Positions 14,301-29,400 of a stretch of DNA of 64,000 nucleotides are shown here, piece after piece (positions within the stretch are counted from its first letter, which is position 1; every line of letters starts with the position of its first letter). Made by a program: the position numbers and the translations under genes. This DNA comes from the human T2T-CHM13v2.0 reference genome, Homo sapiens: NCBI RefSeq assembly GCF_009914755.1, contig NC_060939.1; one strand, 5' to 3'. The notes under the pieces were generated by a model. It searched no databases, was not told the origin of the DNA, and was given only the letters and a program-made list of their open reading frames with translations.

Positions 14301-17300
14301 ATTCCATTTGATTCTATTCCATTAGTCTCCATTCAATTCCATTAATCTCCATTCCATTCCATTCTACTCCAACTGATTCCATTCCATTCTATTCCTTTCC
14401 ATTCCATTTCATTCCATTCCATTCCATTCCATTCCATTCCATTCCATTCCATTCGTGTCCATTCCACTCCAGTCCATTCCATTCGTATCCATTCCATTCC
14501 AGTCCATTCCATTTGTGTCCACTGCATTCCATTCCACTCCATTCCATATTATTCCATTACACTCCATTCCATTCTATTACTTTCATTTCCATTCAATTCC
14601 ATTCCATTTGATTCCATTCCACTCGGTTTCATTCCATTTGAGTCCACTCCATTCCATTCCATTCCATTCAGTTCCATTCCATTCTGTTCCATTCCATTCC
14701 GTTCCATTACATTCCATTCCATTCGGTACCATTCCATATTGTTCCATTCGATTCCATTCGAATCCATTCCATTCCAGTCCATTCCATTCGATTCCATTCC
14801 ATTCATTTCAATTCCATTCCATTCCATTCCATTACATTCCACTTGATTCCTCTCCATTCCCTTCCACTGCATTCCGTTCGATTCCATTCCATTGCATTGC
14901 ATTCCATTCCATTGGATTGCATTCCATTCGATTCCATTCCATTCGAATCAATTACATAGCAATCCATTACATTCGAGTCTATTCTCTTCCGTTCCATTCG
15001 ATTTCGTTCCAATCCATTCGATTCCATTCCATTCGATTCCATTCCATACTATTGCATTCCATTCGATTACATTATATTCGAATAAGTTCCATTCAAGACC
15101 ATTTCTTTTGAGTCCATTCTATTTGAGTCCATTCCCTTTGATTCCATAACATTTGAGTCCATTCAATTCCATTCCTTTCGTTTCCATTCCATTTGATGCC
15201 ATTCCATTCAATTCTGTTCTACTCGACTCCAATACATTCAATTCCATTCCATCCGATTCCATTACATTCTTTTCATTTCTTATCCATTTCAAGCCATTCC
15301 ACTCCATTCCATTCCACTCGTTTCCTTTCCATTCGAGTCCATTCCTCTCCAGTCCATTCCGTTCAATCCATTCCATTCCAGTCCATTCCATTCGAGTCCG
15401 TTCCATTCCAGTCCATTCCATTCGAGTCAATTCCATTCCATTCGATGTCTTTCCATAACGATCCATTCCATTCTATTCCTTTCGATTCCATTCCATTCTA
15501 TTTCATTCCATTCGATTCCCTTCCATTGGACTCCTTTCCATTCGAGTGCATTCCATTCCGTTCCATTTCTTTCCGTTCTGTACGATTCCTACCGTTCGAT
15601 TTCATTTTCTTCCAGTCCATTCTTTCGCGTCCATTCCATTCCATTTCACTCCATTCGATTCCATTCCACTCGATTCCACTTCGTTCCATTTCATTGCATT
15701 CCATTCTATTCAACTCTATTGCCTTCCATTCCATTCCATTCGATTACATTCCATGCGACTCCATTCGAAATCGAATCAATTACATTGCAATCCATTACTA
15801 TTGAGTCCGTTTTATTCCAGTCCACTGCATTCTGGTCCATTCCATTTGATTCCATTCCATTCTATTCCATTCCATACAGTTGCATTCCATTGGATTCCAT
15901 GCTACATCTATAAATTCAATTCGAGACCATTGCTTTTGAGTCCATTCTATATGATTCCATTCCATTCAAGTCCATTACATTTGGTTAAATTCCATTCCAT
16001 TCGGTTCAATTCCATTCCATTCCATTCCCTTCCATTCCATTCCAATTGATATCAATCCATTCGATTCCATTCCATTCGAGCACATTCCATTCGAGTCCAT
16101 TCCATTCGATGCCATTCCATTTGATTCTATTCCATTAGTCTCCATTCAATTCCATTAATCTCCATTCCATTCCATTCTACTCCAACTGATTCCATTCCAT
16201 TCTATTCCTTTTTATTCCATTCCATTCCATTCCATTCCATTCCATTCCATTCCATTCTTGTCCATTCCACTCCAGTCCATTCCATTCGTATCCATTCCAT
16301 TCCAGTCCATTCCATTTGTGTCCACTGCATTCCATTCCACTCCATTCCATATTATTCCATTACACTCCATTCCATTCTATTACTTTCATTTCCATTCAAT
16401 TCCATTCCATTTGATTCCATTCCACTCGGTTTCATTCCATTTGAGTCCACTCCATTCCATTCCATTCCATTCAGTTCCATTCCATTCTGTTCCATTCCAT
16501 TCCGTTCCATTACATTCCATTCCATTCGGTACCATTCCATATTGTTCCATTCGATTCCATTCGAATCCATTCCATTCCAGTCCATTCCATTCGATTCCAT
16601 TCCATTCATTTCAATTCCATTCCATTCCATTCCATTACATTCCACTTGATTCCTCTCCATTCCCTTCCACTGTATTCCGTTCGATTCCATTCCATTGCAT
16701 TGCATTCCATTCCATTGTATTGCATTCCATTCGATTCCATTCCATTCGAATCAATTACATAGCAATCCATTACATTCGAGTCTATTCTATTCCGTTCCAT
16801 TCGATTTCGTTCCAATCCATTCGATTCCATTCCATTCGATTCCATTCCATACTATTGCATTCCATTCGATTACATTATATTCGAATAAGTTCCATTCAAG
16901 ACCATTTCTTTTGAGTCCATTCTATTTGAGTCCATTCCCTTTGATTCCATAACATTTGAGTCCATTCAATTCCATTCCTTTCGTTTCCATTCCATTTGAT
17001 GCCATTCCATTCAATTCTGTTCTACTCGACTCCAATACATTCAATTCCATTCCATCCGATTCCATTACATTCTTTTCATTTCTTATCCATTTCAAGCCAT
17101 TCCACTCCATTCCATTCCACTCGTTTCCTTTCCATTCGAGTCCATTCCTCTCCAGTCCATTCCGTTCAATCCATTCCATTCCAGTCCATTCCATTCGAGT
17201 CCGTTCCATTCCAGTCCATTCCATTCGAGTCAATTCCATTCTATTCGATGTCTTTCCATAACGATCCATTCCATTCTATTCCTTTCGATTCCATTCCATT

Positions 17301-20300
17301 CTATTTCATTCCATTCGATTCCCTTCCATTGGACTCCTTTCCATTCGAGTGCATTGCATTCCGTTCCATTTCTTTCCGTTCTGTACGATTCCTACCGTTC
17401 GATTTCATTTTGTTCCAGTCCATTCTTTCGCGTCCATTCCATTCCATTTCACTCCATTCGATTCCATTCCACTCGATTCCACTTCGTTCCATTTCATTGC
17501 ATTCCATTCTATTCAACTCTATTGCCTTCCATTCCATTCCATTCGATTACATTCCATGCGATTCCATTCGAAATCGAATCAATTACATTGCAATCCATTA
17601 CTATTGAGTCCGTTTTATTCCAGTCCACTGCATTCTGGTCCATTCCATTTGATTCCATTCCATTCTATTCCATTCCATACAGTTGCATTCCATTGGATTC
17701 CATGCTATATCTATAAATTCAATTCGAGACCATTGCTTTTGAGTCCATTCTATATGATTCCATTCCATTCAAGTCCATTACATTTGGTTAAATTCCATTC
17801 CATTCGGTTCAATTCCATTCCATTCCATTCCCTTCCATTCCATTCCAGTTGATATCAATCCATTCGATTCCATTCCATTCGAGCACATTCCATTCGAGTC
17901 CATTCCATTCGATGCCATTCCATTTGATTCTATTCCATTAGTCTCCATTCAATTCCATTAATCTCCATTCCATTCCATTCTACTCCAACTGATTCCATTC
18001 CATTCTATTCCTTTCCATTCCATTTCATTCCATTCCATTCCATTCCATTCCATTCCATTCCATTCGTGTCCATTCCACTCCAGTCCATTCCATTCGTATC
18101 CATTCCATTCCAGTCCATTCCATTTGTGTCCACTGCATTCCATTCCACTCCATTCCATATTATTCCATTACACTCCATTCCATTCTATTACTTTCATTTC
18201 CATTCAATTCCATTCCATTTGATTCCATTCCACTCGGTTTCATTCCATTTGAGTCCACTCCATTCCATTCCATTCCATTCAGTTCCATTCCATTCTGTTC
18301 CATTCCATTCCGTTCCATTACATTCCATTCCATTCGGTACCATTCCATATTGTTCCATTCGATTCCATTCGAATCCATTCCATTCCAGTCCATTCCATTC
18401 GATTCCATTCCATTCATTTCAATTCCATTCCATTCCATTCCATTACATTCCACTTGATTCCTCTCCATTCCCTTCCACTGCATTCCGTTCGATTCCATTC
18501 CATTGCATTGCATTCCATTCCATTGGATTGCATTCCATTCGATTCCATTCCATTCGAATCAATTACATAGCAATCCATTACATTCGAGTCTATTCTCTTC
18601 CGTTCCATTCGATTTCGTTCCAATCCATTCGATTCCATTCCATTCGATTCCATTCCATACTATTGCATTCCATTCGATTACATTATATTCGAATAAGTTC
18701 CATTCAAGACCATTTCTTTTGAGTCCATTCTATTTGAGTCCATTCCCTTTGATTCCATAACATTTGAGTCCATTCAATTCCATTCCTTTCGTTTCCATTC
18801 CATTTGATGCCATTCCATTCAATTCTGTTCTACTCGACTCCAATACATTCAATTCCATTCCATCCGATTCCATTACATTCTTTTCATTTCTTATCCATTT
18901 CAAGCCATTCCACTCCATTCCATTCCACTCGTTTCCTTTCCATTCGAGTCCATTCCTCTCCAGTCCATTCCGTTCAATCCATTCCATTCCAGTCCATTCC
19001 ATTCGAGTCCGTTCCATTCCAGTCCATTCCATTCGAGTCAATTCCATTCCATTCGATGTCTTTCCATAACGATCCATTCCATTCTATTCCTTTCGATTCC
19101 ATTCCATTCTATTTCATTCCATTCGATTCCCTTCCATTGGACTCCTTTCCATTCGAGTGCATTCCATTCCGTTCCATTTCTTTCCGTTCTGTACGATTCC
19201 TACCGTTCGATTTCATTTTTTTCCAGTCCATTCTTTCGCGTCCATTCCATTCCATTTCACTCCATTCGATTCCATTCCACTCGATTCCACTTCGTTCCAT
19301 TTCATTGCATTCCATTCTATTCAACTCTATTGCCTTCCATTCCATTCCATTCGATTACATTCCATGCGATTCCATTCGAAATCGAATCAATTACATTGCA
19401 ATTCATTACTATTGAGTCCGTTTTATTCCAGTCCACTGCATTCTGGTCCATTCCATTTGATTCCATTCCATTCTATTCCATTCCATACAGTTGCATTCCA
19501 TTGGATTCCATGCTATATCTATAAATTCAATTCGAGACCATTGCTTTTGAGTCCATTCTATATGATTCCATTCCATTCAAGTCCATTACATTTGGTTAAA
19601 TTCCATTCCATTCGGTTCAATTCCATTCCATTCCATTCCCTTCCATTCCATTCCAGTTGATATCAATCCATTCGATTCCATTCCATTCGAGCACATTCCA
19701 TTCGAGTCCATTCCATTCGATGCCATTCCATTTGATTCTATTCCATTAGTCTCCATTCAATTCCATTAATCTCCATTCCATTCCATTCTACTCCAACTGA
19801 TTCCATTCCATTCTATTCCTTTCCATTCCATTTCATTCCATTCCATTCCATTCCATTCCATTCCATTCCATTCCATTCCATTCGTGTCCTTTCCACTCCA
19901 GTCCATTCCATTCGTATCCATTCCATTCCAGTCCATTCCATTTGTGTCCACTGCATTCCATTCCACTCCATTCCATATTATTCCATTACACTCCATTCCA
20001 TTCTATTACTTTCATTTCCATTCAATTCCATTCCATTTGATTCCATTCCACTCGGTTTCATTCCATTTGAGTCCACTCCATTCCATTCCATTCCATTCAG
20101 TTCCATTCCATTCTGTTCCATTCCATTCCATTCCATTCGGTACCATTCCATATTGTTCCATTCGATTCCATTCGAATCCATTCCATTCCAGTCCATTCCA
20201 TTCGATTCCATTCCATTCATTTCAATTCCATTCCATTCCATTCCATTACATTCCACTTGATTCCTCTCCATTCCCTTCCACTGCATTCCGTTCAATTCCA

Positions 20301-23300
20301 TTCCATTGCATTGCATTCCATTCCATTGGATTGCATTCCATTCGATTCCATTCCATTCGAATCAATTACATAGCAATCCATTACATTCGAGTCTATTCTC
20401 TTCCGTTCCATTCGATTTCGTTCCAATCCATTCGATTCCATTCCATTCGATTCCATTCCATACTATTGCATTCCATTCGATTACATTATATTCGAATAAG
20501 TTCCATTCAAGACCATTTCTTTTGAGTCCATTCTATTTGAGTCCATTCCCTTTGATTCCATAACATTTGAGTCCATTCAATTCCATTCCTTTCGTTTCCA
20601 TTCCATTTGATGCCATTCCATTCAATTCTGTTCTACTCGACTCCAATACATTCAATTCCATTCCATCCGATTCCATTACATTCTTTTCATTTCTTATCCA
20701 TTTCAAGCCATTCCACTCCATTCCATTCCACTCGTTTCCTTTCCATTCGAGTCCATTCCTCTCCAGTCCATTCCGTTCAATCCATTCCATTCCAGTCCAT
20801 TCCATTCGAGTCCGTTCCATTCCAGTCCATTCCATTCGAGTCAATTCCATTCCATTCGATGTCTTTCCATAACGATCCATTCCATTCTATTCCTTTCGAT
20901 TCCATTCCATTCTATTTCATTCCATTCGATTCCCTTCCATTGGACTCCTTTCCATTCGAGTGCATTCCATTCCGTTCCATTTCTTTCCGTTCTGTACGAT
21001 TCCTACCGTTCGATTTCATTTTGTTCCAGTCCATTCTTTCGCGTCCATTCCATTCCATTTCACTCCATTCGATTCCATTCCACTCGATTCCACTTCGTTC
21101 CATTTCATTGCATTCCATTCTATTCAACTCTATTGCCTTCCATTCCATTCCATTCGATTACATTCCATGCGATTCCATTCGAAATCGAATCAATTACATT
21201 GCAATCCATTACTATTGAGTCCGTTTTATTCCAGTCCACTGCATTCTGGTCCATTCCATTTGATTCCATTCCATTCTATTCCATTCCATACAGTTGCATT
21301 CCATTGGATTCCATGCTATATCTATAAATTCAATTCGAGACCATTGCTTTTGAGTCCATTCTATATGATTCCATTCCATTCAAGTCCATTACATTTGGTT
21401 AAATTCCATTCCATTCGGTTCAATTCCATTCCATTCCATTCCCTTCCATTCCATTCCAGTTGATATCAATCCATTCGATTCCATTCCATTCGAGCACATT
21501 CCATTCGAGTCCATTCCATTCGATGCCATTCCATTTGATTCTATTCCATTAGTCTCCATTCAATTCCATTAATCTCCATTCCATTCCATTCTACTCCAAC
21601 TGATTCCATTCCATTCTATTCCTTTCCATTCCATTTCATTCCATTCCATTCCATTCCATTCCATTCCATTCCATTCGTGTCCATTCCACTCCAGTCCATT
21701 CCATTCGTATCCATTCCATTCCAGTCTATTCCATTTGTGTCCACTGCATTCCATTCCACTCCATTCCATATTATTCCATTACACTCCATTCCATTCTATT
21801 ACTTTCATTTCCATTCAATTCCATTCCATTTGATTCCATTCCACTCGGTTTCATTCCATTTGAGTCCACTCCATTCCATTCCATTCCATTCAGTTCCATT
21901 CCATTCTGTTCCATTCCATTCCGTTCCATTACATTCCATTCCATTCGGTACCATTCCATATTGTTCCATTCGATTCCATTCGAATCCATTCCATTCCAGT
22001 CCATTCCATTCGATTCCATTCCATTCATTTCAATTCCATTCCATTCCATTCCATTACATTCCACTTGATTCCTCTCCATTCCCTTCCACTGTATTCCGTT
22101 CGATTCCATTCCATTGCATTGCATTCCATTCCATTGTATTGCATTCCATTCGATTCCATTCCATTCGAATCAATTACATAGCAATCCATTACATTCGAGT
22201 CTATTCTATTCCGTTCCATTCGATTTCGTTCCAATCCATTCGATTCCATTCCATTCGATTCCATTCCATACTATTGCATTCCATTCGATTACATTATATT
22301 CGAATAAGTTCCATTCAAGACCATTTCTTTTGAGTCCATTCTATTTGAGTCCATTCCCTTTGATTCCATAACATTTGAGTCCATTCAATTCCATTCCTTT
22401 CGTTTCCATTCCATTTGATGCCATTCCATTCAATTCTGTTCTACTCGACTCCAATACATTCAATTCCATTCCATCCGATTCCATTACATTCTTTTCATTT
22501 CTTATCCATTTCAAGCCATTCCACTCCATTCCATTCCACTCGTTTCCTTTCCATTCGAGTCCATTCCTCTCCAGTCCATTCCGTTCAATCCATTCCATTC
22601 CAGTCCATTCCATTCGAGTCCGTTCCATTCCAGTCCATTCCATTCGAGTCAATTCCATTCTATTCGATGTCTTTCCATAACGATCCATTCCATTCTATTC
22701 CTTTCGATTCCATTCCATTCTATTTCATTCCATTCGATTCCCTTCCATTGGACTCCTTTCCATTCGAGTGCATTGCATTCCGTTCCATTTCTTTCCGTTC
22801 TGTACGATTCCTACCGTTCGATTTCATTTTGTTCCAGTCCATTCTTTCGCGTCCATTCCATTCCATTTCACTCCATTCGATTCCATTCCACTCGATTCCA
22901 CTTCGTTCCATTTCATTGCATTCCATTCTATTCAACTCTATTGCCTTCCATTCCATTCCATTCGATTACATTCCATGCGATTCCATTCGAAATCGAATCA
23001 ATTACATTGCAATCCATTACTATTGAGTCCGTTTTATTCCAGTCCACTGCATTCTGGTCCATTCCATTTGATTCCATTCCATTCTATTCCATTCCATACA
23101 GTTGCATTCCATTGGATTCCATGCTATATCTATAAATTCAATTCGAGACCATTGCTTTTGAGTCCATTCTATATGATTCCATTCCATTCAAGTCCATTAC
23201 ATTTGGTTAAATTCCATTCCATTCGGTTCAATTCCATTCCATTCCATTCCCTTCCATTCCATTCCAGTTGATATCAATCCATTCGATTCCATTCCATTCG

Positions 23301-23484
23301 AGCACATTCCATTCGAGTCCATTCCATTCGATGCCATTCCATTTGATTCTATTCCATTAGTCTCCATTCAATTCCATTAATCTCCATTCCATTCCATTCT
23401 ACTCCAACTGATTCCATTCCATTCTATTCCTTTCCATTCCATTTCATTCCATTCCATTCCATTCCATTCCATTCCATTCCATTC

Positions 23485-26400
23485 GTGTCCATTCCACTCC
23501 AGTCCATTCCATTCGTATCCATTCCATTCCAGTCCATTCCATTTGTGTCCACTGCATTCCATTCCACTCCATTCCATATTATTCCATTACACTCCATTCC
23601 ATTCTATTACTTTCATTTCCATTCAATTCCATTCCATTTGATTCCATTCCACTCGGTTTCATTCCATTTGAGTCCACTCCATTCCATTCCATTCCATTCA
23701 GTTCCATTCCATTCTGTTCCATTCCATTCCGTTCCATTACATTCCATTCCATTCGGTACCATTCCATATTGTTCCATTCGATTGCATTCGAATCCATTCC
23801 ATTCCAGTCCATTCCATTCGATTCCATTCCATTCATTTCAATTCCATTCCATTCCATTCCATTACATTCCACTTGATTCCTCTCCATTCCCTTCCACTGC
23901 ATTCCGTTCGATTCCATTCCATTGCATTGCATTCCATTCCATTGGATTGCATTCCATTCGATTCCATTCCATTCGAATCAATTACATAGCAATCCATTAC
24001 ATTCGAGTCTATTCTCTTCCGTTCCATTCGATTTCGTTCCAATCCATTCGATTCCATTCCATTCGATTCCATTCCATACTATTGCATTCCATTCGATTAC
24101 ATTATATTCGAATAAGTTCCATTCAAGACCATTTCTTTTGAGTCCATTCTATTTGAGTCCATTCCCTTTGATTCCATAACATTTGAGTCCATTCAATTCC
24201 ATTCCTTTCGTTTCCATTCCATTTGATGCCATTCCATTCAATTCTGTTCTACTCGACTCCAATACATTCAATTCCATTCCATCCGATTCCATTACATTCT
24301 TTTCATTTCTTATCCATTTCAAGCCATTCCACTCCATTCCATTCCACTCGTTTCCTTTCCATTCGAGTCCATTCCTCTCCAGTCCATTCCGTTCAATCCA
24401 TTCCATTCCAGTCCATTCCATTCGAGTCCGTTCCATTCCAGTCCATTCCATTCGAGTCAATTCCATTCCATTCGATGTCTTTCCATAACGATCCATTCCA
24501 TTCTATTCCTTTCGATTCCATTCCATTCTATTTCATTCCATTCGATTCCCTTCCATTGGACTCCTTTCCATTCGAGTGCATTCCATTCCGTTCCATTTCT
24601 TTCCGTTCTGTACGATTCCTACCGTTCGATTTCATTTTGTTCCAGTCCATTCTTTCGCGTCCATTCATTCCATTTCACTCCATTCGATTCCATTCCACTC
24701 GATTCCACTTCGTTCCATTTCATTGCATTCCATTCTATTCAACTCTATTGCCTTCCATTCCATTCCATTCGATTACATTCCATGCGATTCCATTCAAAAT
24801 CGAATCAATTACATTGCAATCCATTACTATTGAGTCCGTTTTATTCCAGTCCACTGCATTCTGGTCCATTCCATTTGATTCCATTCCATTCTATTCCATT
24901 CCATACAGTTGCATTCCATTGGATTCCATGCTATATCTATAAATTCAATTCGAGACCATTGCTTTTGAGTCCATTCTATATGATTCCATTCCATTCAAGT
25001 CCATTACATTTGGTTAAATTCCATTCCATTCGGTTCAATTCCATTCCATTCCATTCCCTTCCATTCCATTCCAGTTGATATCAATCCATTCGATTCCATT
25101 CCATTCGAGCACATTCCATTCGAGTCCATTCCATTCGATGCCATTCCATTTGATTCTATTCCATTAGTCTCCATTCAATTCCATTAATCTCCATTCCATT
25201 CCATTCTACTCCAACTGATTCCATTCCATTCTATTCCTTTCCATTCCATTTCATTCCATTCCATTCCATTCCATTCCATTCCATTCCATTCCATTCCATT
25301 CGTGTCCATTCCACTCCAGTCCATTCCATTCGTATCCATTCCATTCCAGTCCATTCCATTTGTGTCCACTGCATTCCATTCCACTCCATTCCATATTATT
25401 CCATTACACTCCATTCCATTCTATTACTTTCATTTCCATTCAATTCCATTCCATTTGATTCCATTCCACTCGGTTTCATTCCATTTGAGTCCACTCCATT
25501 CCATTCCATTCCATTCAGTTCCATTCCATTCTGTTCCATTCCATTCCGTTCCATTACATTCCATTCCATTCGGTACCATTCCATATTGTTCCATTCGATT
25601 CCATTCGAATCCATTCCATTCCAGTCCATTCCATTCGATTCCATTCCATTCATTTCAATTCCATTCCATTCCATTCCATTACATTCCACTTGATTCCTCT
25701 CCATTCCCTTCCACTGCATTCCGTTCGATTCCATTCCATTGCATTGCATTCCATTCCATTGGATTGCATTCCATTCGATTCCATTCCATTCGAATCAATT
25801 ACATAGCAATCCATTACATTCGAGTCTATTCTCTTCCGTTCCATTCGATTTCGTTCCAATCCATTCGATTCCATTCCATTCGATTCCATTCCATACTATT
25901 GCATTCCATTCGATTACATTATATTCGAATAAGTTCCATTCAAGACCATTTCTTTTGAGTCCATTCTATTTGAGTCCATTCCCTTTGATTCCATAACATT
26001 TGAGTCCATTCAATTCCATTCCTTTCGTTTCCATTCCATTTGATGCCATTCCATTCAATTCTGTTCTACTCGACTCCAATACATTCAATTCCATTCCATC
26101 CGATTCCATTACATTCTTTTCATTTCTTATCCATTTCAAGCCATTCCACTCCATTCCATTCCACTCGTTTCCTTTCCATTCGAGTCCATTCCTCTCCAGT
26201 CCATTCCGTTCAATCCATTCCATTCCAGTCCATTCCATTCGAGTCCGTTCCATTCCAGTCCATTCCATTCGAGTCAATTCCATTCCATTCGATGTCTTTC
26301 CATAACGATCCATTCCATTCTATTCCTTTCGATTCCATTCCATTCTATTTCATTCCATTCGATTCCCTTCCATTGGACTCCTTTCCATTCGAGTGCATTC

Positions 26401-29400
26401 CATTCCGTTCCATTTCTTTCCGTTCTGTACGATTCCTACCGTTCGATTTCATTTTGTTCCAGTCCATTCTTTCGCGTCCATTCATTCCATTTCACTCCAT
26501 TCGATTCCATTCCACTCGATTCCACTTCGTTCCATTTCATTGCATTCCATTCTATTCAACTCTATTGCCTTCCATTCCATTCCATTCGATTACATTCCAT
26601 GCGATTCCATTCGAAATCGAATCAATTACATTGCAATCCATTACTATTGAGTCCGTTTTATTCCAGTCCACTGCATTCTGGTCCATTCCATTTGATTCCA
26701 TTCCATTCTATTCCATTCCATACAGTTGCATTCCATTGGATTCCATGCTATATCTATAAATTCAATTCGAGACCATTGCTTTTGAGTCCATTCTATATGA
26801 TTCCATTCCATTCAAGTCCATTACATTTGGTTAAATTCCATTCCATTCGGTTCAATTCCATTCCATTCCATTCCCTTCCATTCCATTCCAGTTGATATCA
26901 ATCCATTCGATTCCATTCCATTCGAGCACATTCCATTCGAGTCCATTCCATTCGATGCCATTCCATTTGATTCTATTCCATTAGTCTCCATTCAATTCCA
27001 TTAATCTCCATTCCATTCCATTCTACTCCAACTGATTCCATTCCATTCTATTCCTTTCCATTCCATTTCATTCCATTCCATTCCATTCCATTCCATTCCA
27101 TTCCATTCCATTCGTGTCCATTCCACTCCAGTCCATTCCATTCGTATCCATTCCATTCCAGTCCATTCCATTTGTGTCCACTGCATTCCATTCCACTCCA
27201 TTCCATATTATTCCATTACACTCCATTCCATTCTATTACTTTCATTTCCATTCAATTCCATTCCATTTGATTCCATTCCACTCGGTTTCATTCCATTTGA
27301 GTCCACTCCATTCCATTCCATTCCATTCAGTTCCATTCCATTCTGTTCCATTCCATTCCGTTCCATTACATTCCATTCCATTCGGTACCATTCCATATTG
27401 TTCCATTCGATTCCATTCGAATCCATTCCATTCCAGTCCATTCCATTCGATTCCATTCCATTCATTTCAATTCCATTCCATTCCATTCCATTACATTCCA
27501 CTTGATTCCTCTCCATTCCCTTCCACTGCATTCCGTTCGATTCCATTCCATTGCATTGCATTCCATTCCATTGGATTGCATTCCATTCGATTCCATTCCA
27601 TTCGAATCAATTACATACCAATCCATTACATTCGAGTCTATTCTCTTCCGTTCCATTCGATTTCGTTCCAATCCATTCGATTCCATTCCATTCGATTCCA
27701 TTCCATACTATTGCATTCCATTCGATTACATTATATTCGAATAAGTTCCATTCAAGACCATTTCTTTTGAGTCCATTCTATTTGAGTCCATTCCCTTTGA
27801 TTCCATAACATTTGAGTCCATTCAATTCCATTCCTTTCGTTTCCATTCCATTTGATGCCATTCCATTCAATTCTGTTCTACTCGACTCCAATACATTCAA
27901 TTCCATTCCATCCGATTCCATTACATTCTTTTCATTTCTTATCCATTTCAAGCCATTCCACTCCATTCCATTCCACTCGTTTCCTTTCCATTCGAGTCCA
28001 TTCCTCTCCAGTCCATTCCATTCAATCCATTCCATTCCAGTCCATTCCATTCGAGTCCGTTCCATTCCAGTCCATTCCATTCGAGTCAATTCCATTCCAT
28101 TCGATGTCTTTCCATAACGATCCATTCCATTCTATTCCTTTCGATTCCATTCCATTCTATTTCATTCCATTCGATTCCCTTCCATTGGACTCCTTTCCAT
28201 TCGAGTGCATTCCATTCCGTTCCATTTCTTTCCGTTCTGTACGATTCCTACCGTTCGATTTCATTTTCTTCCAGTCCATTCTTTCGCGTCCATTCCATTC
28301 CATTTCACTCCATTCGATTCCATTCCACTCGATTCCACTTCGTTCCATTTCATTGCATTCCATTCTATTCAACTCTATTGCCTTCCATTCCATTCCATTC
28401 GATTACATTCCATGCGATTCCATTCGAAATCGAATCAATTACATTGCAATCCATTACTATTGAGTCCGTTTTATTCCAGTCCACTGCATTCTGGTCCATT
28501 CCATTTGATTCCATTCCATTCTATTCCATTCCATACAGTTGCATTCCATTGGATTCCATGCTATATCTATAAATTCAATTCGAGACCATTGCTTTTGAGT
28601 CCATTCTATATGATTCCATTCCATTCAAGTCCATTACATTTGGTTAAATTCCATTCCATTCGGTTCAATTCCATTCCATTCCATTCCCTTCCATTCCATT
28701 CCAGTTGATATCAATCCATTCGATTCCATTCCATTCGAGCACATTCCATTCGAGTCCATTCCATTCGATGCCATTCCATTTGATTCTATTCCATTAGTCT
28801 CCATTCAATTCCATTAATCTCCATTCCATTCCATTCTACTCCAACTGATTCCATTCCATTCTATTCCTTTTTATTCCATTTCATTCCATTCCATTCCATT
28901 CCATTCCATTCCATTCCATTCGTGTCCATTCCACTCCAGTCCATTCCATTCGTATCCATTCCATTCCAGTCCATTCCATTTGTGTCCACTGCATTCCATT
29001 CCACTCCATTCCATATTATTCCATTACACTCCATTCCATTCTATTACTTTCATTTCCATTCAATTCCATTCCATTTGATTCCATTCCACTCGGTTTCATT
29101 CCATTTGAGTCCACTCCATTCCATTCCATTCCATTCAGTTCCATTCCATTCTGTTCCATTCCATTCCGTTCCATTACATTCCATTCCATTCGGTACCATT
29201 CCATATTGTTCCATTCGATTCCATTCGAATCCATTCCATTCCAGTCCATTCCATTCGATTCCATTCCATTCATTTCAATTCCATTCCATTCCATTACGTT
29301 ACATTCCACTTGATTCCTCTCCATTCCCTTCCACTGCATTCCGTTCGATTCCATTCCATTGCATTGCATTCCATTCCATTGGATTGCATTCCATTCGATT

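Larger units (their letters stand above)
1..23790 (+). repeat. Left array domain (U1 to the 5' part of U14) with imperfect 5- and 10-monomer periodicity
   Basis: Seen: variants confined to this region are GCAATTCATT (U1,4,6,8,11), CTGTATTCC and TTGTATTGC (U3,8,10,13), CTATTCGATG plus GTGCATTGC (U3,5,10,13), CCAGTCTATT (U3,8,13), a 15 bp deletion (U2,12) and CGATTGC (U4,14). Confidence 0.75.
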
